Source: Lama guanicoe (lineage: Eukaryota). From it: a DNA stretch of 64,000 nucleotides. A program made the position numbers and the translations under genes. The stretch is from contig MU054187.1 in the NCBI GenBank assembly GCA_013239625.1, positions 12,007,325 through 12,071,324 of the forward strand. Reading direction: 5' to 3'. Positions 36,556 through 50,231 of this stretch are shown piece by piece (the first letter of the stretch is position 1; every line of letters starts with the position of its first letter). The notes under the pieces were generated by a model that was not told the DNA's origin, made no database searches, and saw nothing but the letters and a program-made list of their open reading frames with translations.

Positions 36556-37195
36556 TTTTTTTAATCATGGTAAAATACACACAACATAAAACTTTCCAAG
36601 TTAACTATCTTTAAGTGTTCATTTCAGTGGCTCTAAGTGCATTCAGGTTGTACAACCATCACCACCGTGCATCTCCAGAACTCTGCCATCTTCCCAAATT
36701 CAAACTCTGTACCTGTTAAACACTAGCTCCCCTTTCTGCCTTCCCCCAGCCGCTGACGGCCAACATTCTACTCACGTCTCTAAGAATCTGTCTACTGCAG
36801 GAAGAGAGGTAGCACAGTACTTTTCCTTGCGTGACTGACTGGCTTGCACTGCTTAGCAAGGTTGTTCCCAGGGTTCATCTATGTTGTAGCTCGTGTCAGG
36901 ACTGCCTTCCTTCTTAAGGTGAATAATATTCCATTGTAGGCATAGACTGCATTTTGTTTACTCACTCATTCGTCCATGGACACTTGGGTTGTTTCTGCCT
37001 TCTGCTATTGTGAATAAGGTGCGATGAACATGGGTTTACAAAAATCTGTTTGAGTCCCTATTTTCACTTTTGGATGTACACCCAGAAGTGGAATTACTGG
37101 ATCATACAGTAATTCTATGTTTAATTTTTTGAGGAGCCACCACACTGTTTTCCACAGCGGCTGTACCATTTTACATTCCCACCAGCAATAACATC
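36556..37195 (-). mobile_element. L1MB-like 3' end
   Basis: ORF 37005..37217(-) [34 protein letters not shown] matches the L1 ORF2 C-terminus; antisense 3'UTR. Confidence 0.88.
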
Positions 37196-37889
37196 CTCTT
37201 GACGCCTTTGCGTCCATGTATCACCAACATCTTTGGCTCAAAATATCGCCATTTTGCAGTTCCACCGTGTTTCCTGTCATGTTAGAGTTCAGGGACACAG
37301 AGATAAGCAACAGCCCTGTAGATAATAGACCTCTGTGAAATCCACCCCCCCCCCCCGAGAGGGTGATCAGCCATCAGCACATTGCTGGCTTGGGTGAAGA
37401 GACACTTAGATCTCCTGTTACAGAAGCTCAGAAGCAGGAAGAGGAGCCATTTAGGTTGCCACAGAAAGCCTGCGGGACATACATTTCCTCCACCTGACTT
37501 CATCTCCTTCGAGATGTCGGCAAGGGCGCTGATACAAAGCCCTGACCGGAGCTCCCCAGAACAAAGCCGGAGGAGTGGGGAGCCTTCCTGGAAGAGGGGA
37601 TGAGACAATGCAGGACCTGAAGTAGCCAAAACTCTTCCCTTCCCACCAAGGAGGCGAGCTCTTCTCACCCGAGCCTGGGCGGGGTCCTGGGGAAAGTTCC
37701 TATCTCTGAGCAAAGAATGAGGATTAAAGGTGGTTCTTTAAGATTCGATACCCAGGGCAAAAGCCCCAGCCAGATTTTAAGAATTTACACTAGCTTCAAC
37801 TGATCTATGTTTTCTCTTAGGAATTTTAGACCCAGGGGTAGAGACTGAGGATAAAACCCATTAGAACAGGGAGAGGCTTGGGGCCTGAG

Positions 37890-38263
37890 AAGGGTTTGTG
37901 TCCTCCAAAAAGACACTGCAAAGTACTAACCTTCCCTTCCGTATGAACCCTATTTGGAAATAGTCTTTGCAGATGTAATTAAATGAAGATGAGGTCATTA
38001 GAGTGGGCTCTAATCCAGCAGGAGGGGAGACCATCATGTGAAGACAGACGCAGAGATGGAAGATACACCACAGGATGCCTGGGACCACCAGAAGTAGGAA
38101 GAGACAAGGAAGTGCCCTCCCCTAGAGGTTTCAGAGAGAGCATGTGCCCCCTAATATCTCAATTTCAGACCTGTAGCCTCCAGAACTGTGAGAGGATAAA
38201 TTTCTGTTGTTTTAAGCCATCCAGATTGTGGGCTTTGGTTCTAGCAGCCCTAGAAAACTAACA
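37890..38263 (+). mobile_element. MLT1B/C-like MaLR LTR
   Basis: tatttggaaatagtctttgcagatgtaattaa...gcctccagaactgtgagaggataaatttctgttgttttaagcca...gcagccctagaaaactaaca. Confidence 0.85.
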
Positions 38264-39179
38264 CAGAGCCCAACGCCTAGAAACCACCCCCTGCAGAACA
38301 TGTTCGCATCACTGCTGTTTCCATATTGATTATGAGAGTTGCTGCATTCGGAGGGTTTTTTTGAGGAAATGACCTCCTGTCATAATTTCAGATTACCCGA
38401 AGTGTTTGTGGATTTTAAAATCATAATCTTAGTTAATGAAATTGTCTCTGGCTGGAAGACTGCCTTTTTGGTACACAGACATTTCTAATCCCTACAGTTT
38501 CATAGGAAAATTATAAGCTCTATTTTGTGCAGAGTCAGACTCGTACAAAGTCAGGAGGGATTTAGCATGATCAGAGGAAAGCGACTGGATTCCACGCTTA
38601 CTTTTCTTTTCTTTGAAGAGAGAACTTTGCTGGAGGATGTCACACAGGTGGTTTTCGAAGCTCATTGGGCTTCCCAAGTTCCCCTGTGTGTCCTGAAATG
38701 TCATTAAGTTTCTGCAGCCATCCCCTCCAGTCGTCAGGGAGGGTTTGAGAACTCGCCCATTGCCTTATCAGCTCCTTGAAAGGAAATGGGGTGGGGATCT
38801 GCAGCTCCCACGTGGGAAAGTAGCTCTTAAGTGTCATCTGCCCCTTTGATGCATGAAGAAACTACAAAGAGCGAGTGCGAAAAGCAGGAAGCACATACCG
38901 AAGTTGACAGATCTGGTAAGTTCACTGCTGGCGGGGGGGGGGGTCACTAAAATTAATTGACTAAGAATCTCTGGATTCCATGTGGTGACTGAGAAGAAAC
39001 CTAGGATGGGCGTGTAAAGTCATACAAGTCAGAGTGGAGAAGGCAGAGAAGTACAGCACCAGAGAACTTCACAAGTCTTTACACACACGTGCCACACACA
39101 CAACACAAAGAGAGAAAAAGCACCATGTGTAACTGTGACATTAATAAAGAATGGCCGCGAAGAGATGGTTCACAGAAAA

Positions 39180-40440
39180 GGAAGCATACGAGGGCTAAAA
39201 CGCGGGAAAGGAAGGTCAACTACACTCATAACATGAGAAAGTGATGATGTTAAACCTCTGTGGAGATACCACTTCTTATCTATCAGACGGGCAAGAGTTC
39301 ACAGTGATGACACCATGCTCTGCGGTGAGAATACAGAGCGAGTACACCCCCTTGGGAGGTCAACTTGGCAATATATATTCAAATAACAAATGCACTTACC
39401 CCTAGACCTGGCAAACCCACTTTGGGGCATTTACCCTAAAATATGCCTACATACATTCTAAATAGACAAGATTACTTATATTGGCATTATTTGCCATAGC
39501 AAAAGGTGAGGACCACCCAAGCGTTCATCCACTGGAAATTTTAAAATTCGTATGATGAAGGAAAGAATGGGAAATCGTTGTACATACAGGTGTAGAAAAA
39601 TCTCCATGTCGTCATCATTACTTTTTTAAAAAAGATCCAAAACAATGAAAATATGGTGGTATTAAATGCATACATCGTTGATACTTTTCCTTCAAGAGGT
39701 GGAGCCAAAGCCCCTTCCCTTGAGTGTGGGCTGAGCTAAGTCAGGTATTTCTCATGACGCAAATAAGAGCAGAAGTGATGGTGTGTGGCCGCAAAGACTG
39801 GGTGATACAAGGCACTCTGGCTTCCTCCTGGCTCTTTCTCCTTAATCATGCACTGAGGGGAGCCCAGCTGCTATGTCATGAGGGCAATCTGCTTGATTCC
39901 ATGAAACCTTCTGCCAGCAGCCATGTGAGCGAGCCATCTGCTTGGAAGTAGACCCTCTCTCCACAGTCACGCTTTCAGATGACTATAGCCCAGGCCAACA
40001 GTTTGACAGAAATCTCACATGAGACCTTGAGCCAGAACCACCTAGCCAAGTCAATCCTAGACTGAGGACTCAGAAACTGTGTGAGATGATATATGTTTGC
40101 TTTTTTTTCAAAATGCTGTGTTTGGGGCAGCAGGGGATGGAGAGGGGAGGCAGTTAATTTGTTATGAAGCAGTAGTTAACTAAGGCAACAGTGTTTAAAA
40201 CAGGCTATTCTGTGTGTAGTAAAGGGGAAAATAATATATAATTACATTTTCTGATTTTTTTCCACAAAGAAACAATGGAAGGGAACCCAAGGCTGAACAA
40301 AAGTGGTTACCTGTACAAAAGGCATATGGAATGGAGAACAAGATTCATGAGACTAGAGAAGAGAGCAAGACTTCTCAAAATGCTTCTTTTATACATACTC
40401 TTCTATTTTGAAATTAAGTTCATACATATTTATGTATTTT
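39180..40440 (+). mobile_element. Old L1ME-like fragment split by an MLT1 LTR
   Basis: ggagataccacttc...caacttggcaatatatattcaaataacaaatgcacttacccctagacctggcaa. Confidence 0.55.
39652..40168 (+). mobile_element. MLT1F-like MaLR LTR
   Basis: ccttcaagaggtggagcc...gccagcagccatgtgagcgagccatc...gagaccttgagccagaaccacctagccaag...agaaactgtgtgagatga. Confidence 0.8.
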
Positions 40441-40475
40441 AAAAGTAATTTCTTTTTCTTTAAAAAAATAAAACT

Positions 40476-40526
40476 TTATTTTTTAACATTTTTTATTGTG
40501 TTATAGTCATTTCACAATGTTGTGTC
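40476..40526 (-). mobile_element. 51-bp L1 tail-only insertion
   Basis: Antisense L1 extreme 3' end; 15-bp TSD taaaaaa(a/g)taaaact at 40461 and 40527. Confidence 0.8.
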
Positions 40527-41732
40527 TAAAAAAGTAAAACTCTTTAAAAAGGACTACCATGGAAAAAAATATTTCCTCCATTTAGTGGCTGTCACGAGTG
40601 CTCACATGGTGTCAGTCTAGCCTTGGTTTGTCACCAACTGAAGTTCTGGTATGACCCAGAAAGTATTTTAAGAGAAAGGCTGGCAGATTGCTAGGGAAGA
40701 GATCAAAGGAACATCTGTTCTAGGGGGTGGGGTGGGGGGAATCCCAGAGAGAAGGAGAAATGGTGACATGCTATGACAATCGAAGTGGCACTGAAGGGGG
40801 CAAGGTCCTAAAAAAAGAAAACGTACTGGCGTTTGCCAAAACAGGAACTGAAGGTCTTGCTTTCCTCTCATTCAGACCGCATGGTGTGAATAGGTTTCAT
40901 ATTGTTCCAAAGAGTCAAGCACACACGTGCACAACGGGAGAGGATACGGTTGTCTGAGGGTTCTGGTGGAATGAGAAGCTTTGTCCACAAATGAAGTGGC
41001 AGAGAAGGGACAACAATCAGGTGCATCAAGAGTTAGGGCAAGAGCCAGGTGCAGGTGCTTCCCCATGCCCGGGCATCCTTAATCAGTAAAAAAGCATCCG
41101 GAAATTGGGATCTGCATGACATGGGAAATTTCTGCTTCCTTATTCCATTTATAGACCTAAGGGTTGTTGGATGTTATTTCCTGTTATTTAAATTTTTATT
41201 CTAATAATCTTAAAATTAAGATATTAGTAAGAAAAAAATGTTAACAAGAGTTTTGACTGGTCATGATCCTACCATATTTCAAAGAAAACTCTTAGGCGTA
41301 CAGGAAGAGGGGATTAGTCAGTAGTCCAAGCGAATAATCGAGGAGCTCATGAAAAGAAAGGTGCACAGCACAGAACTGCAAGAAAGTTCTTAACTGTTAA
41401 GTGCTGTCTGAGTAATATTAATTTCCTTTTGGATGAATACTGGGGAAAAATTTGAGAAGTGAGACAAGGCAGACAGTTTAGATGTTGGCCAATAACCTTT
41501 AAGCATTCTTGATAAACACGCTATAATGTTGCACAGTGGACCCTTCTCAAATCATCTGCCAAGTGACTCATTTTTTTTTAATGAGGGTGAGGTGAGTACC
41601 CTCTGTCTGAACTCTTGGTTTTAGGAATGGTTCCCTCCAACTTTATGAAGGGACCTAAAACTTGAGCTGGTCATGGCTGATTAGTCCCACTGGGAACCTG
41701 GCTCAAATTGTGGCAGTCAGTCCTTTTCTCCT

Positions 41733-42560
41733 TGGGAACCTTTGTGCACTGTTGATGGGACTGTAAATTGGTACAGCCACTATAGAAAATAGAATGGAGT
41801 TTCCTCAAAAATTAAAAACAAAACTACTGAATGATTCAGCAATTCCACTACTGGGCATATATCCAAAGGAAACAAAATCACTACATCAAAGAGATGTCTG
41901 AACCCCCATGTTCACTGCAGCATTATTTACAATAGCCAAGACAGGACAACAACCTAAAGGGCCACCAACAGATGAATGGATAAAGAAAATGTCATACATA
42001 TAATGGAATACTATTCAGCCATAAAAAAGAAGAAAGTCCTAACATTTGTGACAACATGGTTGCACCTTGACAACATTATACTAAGTGAAATAAGTCAGAC
42101 AGAGAAGACAAATGCTGTATGATCTCCCTTACATGCAGAATCTAAAAAACAAAACAAAACAAAAAAATCTCATAGAAAAAGGGGCCTGATTTGTGGTTAC
42201 CAGAGGCAGGGGATGGGGAGGGGAGGAATCCAATGAAGGTGCTCAAAAGGTACAAACTTCCAGTTAGAAGATAAATAAATAAGTACTGGGGATACAATGT
42301 ACAACATGATGACTAGAGTTAACACAGACCTAGGTATGTTTGAAAGTCGCTAAAAGAAAAGACCCTAAAAATTCTCACCACAAGGAAAAAAACTTTTTCT
42401 TTTTTTTGTATCTATATGAGATGATGGATAACTAAACTTATTATGGTAACCATTTCACAATATATGTAAGTCAGGTCATTAAACTTACGCTACAGTGCTA
42501 AATGTCAATTATACCTCAATAAAACTAAAAGAAGAAATTTTAATTAAATTAAGATTTAAA
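41733..42560 (+). mobile_element. L1MA-like 3' end, inserted in an ancient MLT1-like LTR (~41530-42915)
   Basis: gggaacctttgtgcactgttgatgggactgtaaattggtacagccac...tgtcaattatacctcaataaaac. Confidence 0.88.
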
Positions 42561-43037
42561 ATAAAAGATTAACTTAGGATTTTTTTTTTAATCCTTTCCT
42601 CCTCAATCCATGCTTGGGACCCAGAAGGAGACTTAACCTCACCAGGGAGCTGGATTTGTACTACCGAAATTCAGAAGCCAAGAGAGACATGCTGATCCCT
42701 GCTGTGTGGACAGAGGCTGCAGAGAGAGGAAAATGAATCAAGCAGAGATCTGAAAAGAAAGACAGGTACCACAGAAAGAGAAAACAGCTTGAGTGTACTC
42801 AGGTCTCTGGCTCTAGTTTGGGGACCTTGGCTTCCCTGACGCTCACCTGGGTCCTTATAATAAATTCTACCTTGAGCCTGTTTCTGCATTTGTCGTCAAA
42901 AGAATCTTAGCCAATACTCTTGTGTAAAGACATAACTTGAGCTACAAGAGCCAAAAGCCATACAGATGGCTCTCTCTTTTACTTCTTCCCTTCCTGTGAC
43001 TTACAAATTTGATTAATTCAAGACCTTATTTTAAGGA

Positions 43038-43130
43038 ATGAGGGTATAGCTCAGTGGCAGAGCACATGCTTAGCATGTACACAGTCCTGTATTCAATCCC
43101 CAGTATTTTTAAAAGCAACAAACTAATTAA
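43038..43130 (+). mobile_element. Vic-1-type SINE (diverged)
   Basis: gagggtatagctcagtggcagagcacatgcttagcatg...ttcaatccccagta; flanked by ccttattt repeats. Confidence 0.85.
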
Positions 43131-43204
43131 AAGAACCTTATTTGAGAAATATTTGTTGAGTAGGTTCAAGACCTCCAGAGTACAACTAAAAACTAATGAC
43201 ATCA

Positions 43205-43390
43205 CCATCATAAGCAGCTCACTTCTATTAAACACTTGCTAGATTTCAAAGTGCCGGGCATTTTACATTACTCTCTTCAATTTGCAGAGCATTTCTCTCA
43301 TACAATAGGATGTTTATGACTCCCATTTTACAGATGAAAAAACTGAGGCATTGAGAGGTTAACTGCCCTGTTCAAGGTCATACATTCACT
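43205..43390 (-). mobile_element. MIR SINE
   Basis: cccattttacagatgaaaaaactgaggcattgagaggttaac...caaggtcataca. Confidence 0.8.
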
Positions 43391-43929
43391 GTAGGTGTGA
43401 AGGGGGAGGGGATGAAGGAAGAAGGTGGTGGCCCAGCAAAAAGCTATGAAAAGGACAAAGCCTGCTTTCCGTGTTCCCCATCTCCACCCTACCCATGCCC
43501 ATTAGAAAATTTCTATACAAGTAAAATGTCATTGAGATTTGCCCAATCTAGAAGTAGTAGCTAAAAACCACCATCCCACAGTCCTGGCCATGAGGACAAA
43601 TGATTGTCAAAAGTGACATAAGTAGAAAGACTTCTTGAAATTTTCTCTTGTAAATTTGACATTATTTCATATTTATCTTGCCTCTTTACATAAAGTGACA
43701 AGAAAGATAAAACTGTAAATGATTAGACTATACCTGGTACACCATAATTACATTCAAGAGACAAAAAATGACTACTATGTATTAACATTGTAAGAAGAAA
43801 AAATTATCCAAATGTTTCACTTAACTCAGTTTATTGGCTCCCAGTCAGATTTACAAATGGTACAATTCTGTGTTTCAGGGTGCTATTTTTTTAAGCTTAG
43901 ATTTATCTTCATTTTTCTTTTAAATTGAT

Positions 43930-44215
43930 GGGGTTTTTTAGTTGATGTACAATATCACATAAGCTTCGAGTGTACAACATAGTGATCCACAATTTTTAAA
44001 GATTATACTCCACTTATAGTTATTTTAAAATATTGGTTATATTCCCTCTGCTGTACAATATATCCTTGCAGCTTATTTATTTTCTACAAAGTGGTTTGTA
44101 CCTCTTAATCCCCTACCCCTATCTTGCCCCTCCCTCCTTCCCTCTCCCCAGTGGTAACCAACCACTAGTTTGTTCTCTGTGAATCTGCTTCTCTTTTGTC
44201 ATATTCACTAGTTTG
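43930..44215 (-). mobile_element. L1 3' end fragment
   Basis: tagttgatgtacaatatcac...gtgtacaacatagtgat...ggtaaccaaccactagtttgttctctgtgaatctg. Confidence 0.82.
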
Positions 44216-47100
44216 TTTCACGGTGCTACTTCCACTAAAGAATATATTGCAATTCTTAATTTTTTTCAATACTTAATTTATAAAACATACATTGGTAAGT
44301 AACAGATGACTATTGTAATTCTTAATAAACATTTACAACCCCACATAATTTCTATTTTTTTCCTCAACTGCTTTACTGCTTGAATGACTAATAATATAGC
44401 TTAAAGATTTTTTAATTGCTTCTTTTTCTTGCATATTTATTTGCATCCCTAAATTTACTTAACAAAAGATTTTCTTATTTGCATAGATCAATCCTGAATG
44501 CAAAGCCTATAGAATATACTTGCAAGCAGACAACAGCTCTGCAGGGTTAAGGTATTAGAGTGTGACTGCCTTTGATTGTTTAAAAGATGGGCTAAGTGCT
44601 TCTTTTTAACCTAAATAGAGACCCCACTAGGACAAAGAACCAAAGTGAGCCATGGGTCCCTGCAACACCTTTACACAATTAAATGAAAAACTCTGAAAAT
44701 TCCAAAGGGCGTTTAAAACTTGCCCCCCCCCAAATCAGTGTCACTCTTTGCTCACCACATTGCAGCCACTACAATTATTTTAACACAAACTAATTAGGTT
44801 TATTAGCTCTTGGGTTTCAGCCAGGTCTTTGCTAAAGAAGCACACAGTCCAATTTGTAGATTATTAACAGAGAGGGTCTATATTCCATAACATCCACTCC
44901 AACCTTTTTACTTTTTCATGAGACATTCATCAATGAATGGATTAATAGGACCACAAAGGAAAAGTGAAGCACTTGTGCGCAATAATTTATCCTCTAAAAG
45001 AATGATTAACTGACAGCGTCTATTGAACGCCAAAATCAAATTTTATTCTTAAAACTGATGCAGCTTAAGGAAGGTAGTTATAAAATAAACATTTGTATAA
45101 ATCCACAGACAGAAAGTCTGAGAAAGCGGGCCACAAACTAAAGAGTCAGTGGTTATGATTTCCCATTAATTCTCTAGGAAACTCAGGGAAATTTTATTCA
45201 TAATCTACCCTAGTAGAATTCTGATTAAAATGGGAATGCTAGTGCTTAGCTGATTAAAACAATATTGGAGCAGGGAAGTAAAATATTTCACACGTATCTC
45301 TGTAATATTTGAGTTTTGTATGATGTGCGCACAGTACTTTTGTAATTATACAAAACGAATTTTTTTAATTAAAATTTTTTTGGACAAACCATTGACCTTC
45401 ACCTTTTCAAGAAAAAAATGAATGTATGCAGGACACAGGCTACCTTTCAATGCATCTATTCTATGAAATTTGTAGTTACTATTTGCCCCCTACAAAATTT
45501 CTCTGAAGTATACCTTCTGGTATCTGATTTTTCAATTGTCCCAGATCTCAACCCCATGCTCCTCCAAATGTTGTGCTGGACAGAAACATCCTGTTTGAGT
45601 TATTTTCCTGCACAAGGTATGAAGCTGAATCTCAGATTCTCATCTCTCCTCAATGGATAAAAACCAAGTCTATAAATCATGAAAGAAGACATAAAGAAGT
45701 AGTTTTGAAAACCCAACTTTGATTGGTTACATTCTTTTTTCTTCAATTCTGATTGCCTTTGCCTAGTTTCTTGTAAGTTTCATGTACATCTAATTTCCTT
45801 TACATTCATTGGATTTACACAATATTTACACAAAGGCTCTAGAAAGTACTGAAAACATCGCTCAACATGTGGTGTCAATTACAAGGAATCTCCAATACAT
45901 ATTTCCCCCCTCTGTAATGAATCTGAACATTTCTGCCTAAAGATAAGATCCTGAAAACAACATCTGTCCTTTCCTTTTTTTCAACTGTTTTCTTCACGTT
46001 ACATCTACACATTTTATACTGTGAAAGGATAATGAATATTCTCACAAATGTGTCTTCCCTTCTCCTGCCCAACAACCTGAGTTGTACCTTCCAACCTTTC
46101 CCCGAGTCTGCAGCAACCAACAGAAATGTTTATCTGTAAATGCATACTAGGTTCCCACCCCCTCTCTTGCCGATGTTTATATTCCAAGAAGCCAGACATA
46201 CAAAGTAACATCATCGTAACAATACACTGTAGGATTCCAGAAATAAATTATGGATAATCGTGAGTAAACACTTCGGTTTTCTTTTTTTCACTCTTCAATT
46301 CTCTCCATGTAAGTTATTTTAATTGCATACACACACACTGGACAATGCTGGAATAAATTAGCATTTTGTCCCTTGCCAGAAGGAAGCTAAGAGGTAATGA
46401 GTTTTATTAACTCTCATAATGTCTGCAAAGTAGCACAGCATCAAAGTATCGGATCCCTTTTTAGTCGCTCCCCGAAGACCTACTTACAGGAGCGAGCGCA
46501 TCGATGCCTCATTGATCAGCAAAACGCTGCTGCTGCATCTGCTTCCAGTCACTAGCTCAGTTCTTACACCATCTCCACCGCCTGTCACGAACCAACGGAA
46601 GTACACGCTGCACTGCACAGGAATCAGCGAGACCTGTTCCCCAAGTGTGTGCAAAACTCATTTCTCTGGACTTCGGATAGTTTTTCTTTTGTTTTGTTTC
46701 CCCATAGACACTAAGTTGCAAGAGTTGTGAGGTTCTCTGGCTGGGGCACAAACACTTCCTAAGTCATTCTGATACTTGATGATAAAAAAAGAACTGAAAG
46801 CAAGAATGAAATTAAACAGAGATTTGAAAACAAAGACTAAGAAATTGGTTTATTTTTTGGTAATTCCACTGCTTGAGAAATGCAGAAATAGAGAGTTCTG
46901 TGGACTCGGCCAGGAGGCGTGAGGGCAGGTGCTGTTTGCTCTGTAGGACGTGACCTCTAGTTAGGACGTTCAGTTGAGAAGCCTGGTTCTCTGCCATACG
47001 TGTCGTGACGCAGACCTGGCCACATACCCTTAGCATATCAATCATGACAAATAATCTCTTCACCTGCAGTTCACCCAGTTTCAAGAGAAGCCACTAGAAT

Positions 47101-47283
47101 CAGGGGTTGTCAGGGTGGGGGTGCCGGACCAGCCGCAGCAGCTTCTGTGGCCAGAAATGCAAAGATCGGGCCCCACCCCAGCCTTTCTAAAATCGGAACT
47201 CCGGAGTTGGGGGGGGGGGGCCATCTGTGCTTTAACAAACCCTCCCAGGGAGTTCCAGGCAGGCTCCAGTTTGAGAAACACTG
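47101..47283. mobile_element. MER5A-like hAT DNA transposon
   Basis: caggggttgtca...ggaccagc...agaaatgcaaa..gggccccaccccag...tgctttaacaaaccctcc...agtttgagaaacactg. Confidence 0.8.
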
Positions 47284-47574
47284 GCTTGGCTGGCTGTTTC
47301 CCAAACTATCCTGGTGATAAAAATACTGCTACTACTATTAATCCAGGTGCCCTGATTTAAACTGAAGATTTCCAGAACCATCCCTTGAAGATCCGTTCTC
47401 CTCTGGGGCCCAAGAGTGTATTTTCACCAGCAGCCAGGGGACCTCTCCTGGCCAAGTTTGGGAAGCAGTGGGCTGAGCTCTGTCTTTACAGCTGCTTTCT
47501 AGGTCTGGCTTTTTCTTTGTTGCTTGAGTAGCGCAGTATTTTGAAATAGGGACGGAGAACAGAAGTGAGGCTGA

Positions 47575-47885
47575 ATGGTCAAAGGTACAAAGTTTTCATT
47601 ACACAAGATGGGTGAGTTCTAGACATCTGCAAGGCACAGGGCCTGCAGTTAATAACTAGGGCCATATTGTTTACTTAAATCTTTGCTGAGAGAGTAGATC
47701 TGTTAAGTGTCTTCTTTTGTTTTTGGTTTTGTTTATTGTTTTTTGGCGGGGGGAGGTAATTAAGTTTACTTATTTAGAGGAGGTGCCAGGGATTGAACCC
47801 AGCGCCCGTGCATGCTAAGCATGTACTCTACCGCTTGAGCTGTACCCTCCCCCTGGCCCCCATTAAGTGTTCTTATCACAGTAAT
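47575..47885 (+). mobile_element. L1MA/MB 3' fragment interrupted by a SINE
   Basis: ggtcaaaggtacaaagtttt...gttctagacatctg...ttgctgagagagtagatct|SINE|ttaagtgttcttatcaca. Confidence 0.7.
47714..47855 (-). mobile_element. Vic-1-type SINE
   Basis: gggattgaacccagcgcccgtgcatgctaagc...gagctgtaccctcccc; TSD ttaagtgt at 47703 and 47863. Confidence 0.88.
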
Positions 47886-48747
47886 AGAGGGTGGAGGAAA
47901 CAAAAGTGAGGTTGAGGAGAAGAGGGTGAGGATTAGAGTCTGAACTGGAGGATGAGGAAGCCTAAGGGAGGGAAAGAGATGGTGCTCCCATCAGTGAGGA
48001 GACCCTTGCCAGGGAGAGAGAGTCCACCTGGGCGAACGCCCCCGTGTGTGGAGGACAAGAGAATAGGGGAGACAGACTTCAGTTAGACTGGCTACTGCAT
48101 GAGATGTCTTCCAGGCAAGAAGGAGGTAAGGAAAGCAGTGTGTAGCTGACCAGTTGCCTCAGAAGGAGATTCTTGAATCAGGGTCTGTAATTTAGGGCTG
48201 GGGGCACACAGTGTTGTAATTTCAGTTGTACATTCACTCTGTGGGTCCCCACTAGACTACTTTCCATGTGGACTCCGGGAATGGTGCCAAAGAGAGCAAG
48301 GGAAGCAAGCCAGCCCTGGAGGCCCCCAGGCCTCTGCTGACCAACACACCCCTCAAATTTCTGTTGGTAGCTTTTTAGTCTTGGATCTCTTCAATATGCA
48401 AGAATTAAGTCTTACTTATTTCAAGAATTCTGCTCCTGGTCCTGCATGAACAGCCACTTTGGGCATGGATAGGACCTAGTACCAATGTCCAAGTAGAAGA
48501 ATGCCTGTATTTTAGGTGCTTTAAGAGAGCCCTAAGGTTGTCTTGTTTGTTTAAATTGGATAGGGAACCAGGTTAGAGGGTATGAAGATAAATAATAAAT
48601 GAGTGACAGCTCAAGACCACAATTAGGCCAAGGTTAATAAGCCTCAATCCCAGTGGGTAAAGAATCTCTCTTGACAGGAGGCACTACATAAATGTATCTC
48701 ACTGATGTTCCTACTGGTATTTCTTTCATTGAAAGAAATTTCTTCTA

Positions 48748-49000
48748 GGGGAGAGGGAAGGGGGAAGGAACAAATTAGGGGTATTGGGTTAACATATAAA
48801 GACGGCGGTATGTAAAATAGATAAGCAACAAGGATATACTGTACAGCACAGGGAATTAGACCCATTATCTTGCAATAACCTATAACAGAGTATAATCTGC
48901 AAAAATCACTGAATCACTACGCTGTATACCTGAAATTAACACAATCTTGTAAATCAACTGTACTTCAATAGAAAGTAAACAAAATAAAATAATTTTAAAA
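48748..49000 (+). mobile_element. L1 3' end fragment
   Basis: atagataagcaacaaggatatactgtacagcacaggga...tgtaaatcaactgtacttcaata plus A-rich tail. Confidence 0.85.
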
Positions 49001-50231
49001 TTTCTAAATCAAAATAAAACCAAAAGCGTATAATCTTGATGAGATTCAAGAGCTTATTTGCTTCATGCTAATTGAGTCATAGGGGAGCAGGAAGGTGAGC
49101 TTATCAGTCCCTTCTATGAAAGATTACCAGTGTTGGATTGGTAGTTCCTTTACTATAGATCAAAATAGCTTCAAATACATTATTAGTGGGATTATGTAGC
49201 ATTTCTCAATAATCCACATTAATTTATAAATTGAATGGGGAAAAAACTGCAATGAGAGGATTTTAAAATTCTTCTAAAAAGTATCAATAGGGTAAATTGC
49301 TTTTGATTTCAAATTGTCTTCCCTTCTCCTTGAGAAGTAAATGAGGACTGCAAACTAAAGATAAAGTTACATCTGTAACTTACTAGAGAATAAATTGTCT
49401 TAATAAACCAATTAGAATAGATGATCCGGGCTGTTCCTTGGAACTGCTCAAAAACAGTTTCTTTTCAATATAAGGAGAAATTGTCCTGTTAGATAAAGAT
49501 AACATGAGGAGAATGAGATGCAGTCAGAAATAGAAATGTCCTGTAAGAGACCTGAGGAACTGCCTCCAGGATTCCAACAACAGAGAAGCCACCTTACTCA
49601 AAGCAGAGCACTGTCTGAAGGAAAAATACCATTAAGGGAAATTAGTGCTTTGCCTTAAAGATGTGTGGTTCTCAAAGATTCTTTTTAAAAAAAAAATAGA
49701 GAATTTAATCGCTTAAGTAGTAAACTTTTTTTTTAAATCAAAGGAAAATACAAAAAAAACTATGGCTTGCAGCTTTAGGAGAAAATGGATTTTCTTTCTT
49801 AACAAGGTATTCCAAGCCTGGGTGGCGCTCAGTTAATAGAAGCAATACCTTGAGGAAACAATGTGCAGTACTTCACCCCCAAATCACCGTGATAATTACC
49901 TTCCTGACGTTCATTTGGACAAAAATTCTCCTTTCATTAGATTTATGTTTTCAGATTCAGAAATAGTAAATTGGGTAGCTGTCTCACTAACAAGCCACCT
50001 TGGGTATTACCTGTGCATGCCCCACTCAGACCAGTGATTCAGAAAGAAAATGGAAAGTGGGGGCAGATGCTTGTGGGGGGTTAGATAATGTTGGTGGCAA
50101 GATCAAGGAGCCACTGGACAGTTCGGGAAGAAGCAATTGAAAAGTCATTTTCATAAATAACAAGGTAAATAAATCTTAACAAGAACTTCTGAACACTGAA
50201 GCTCAGCTTTGGTATGCTCTGGGAGGCGACT

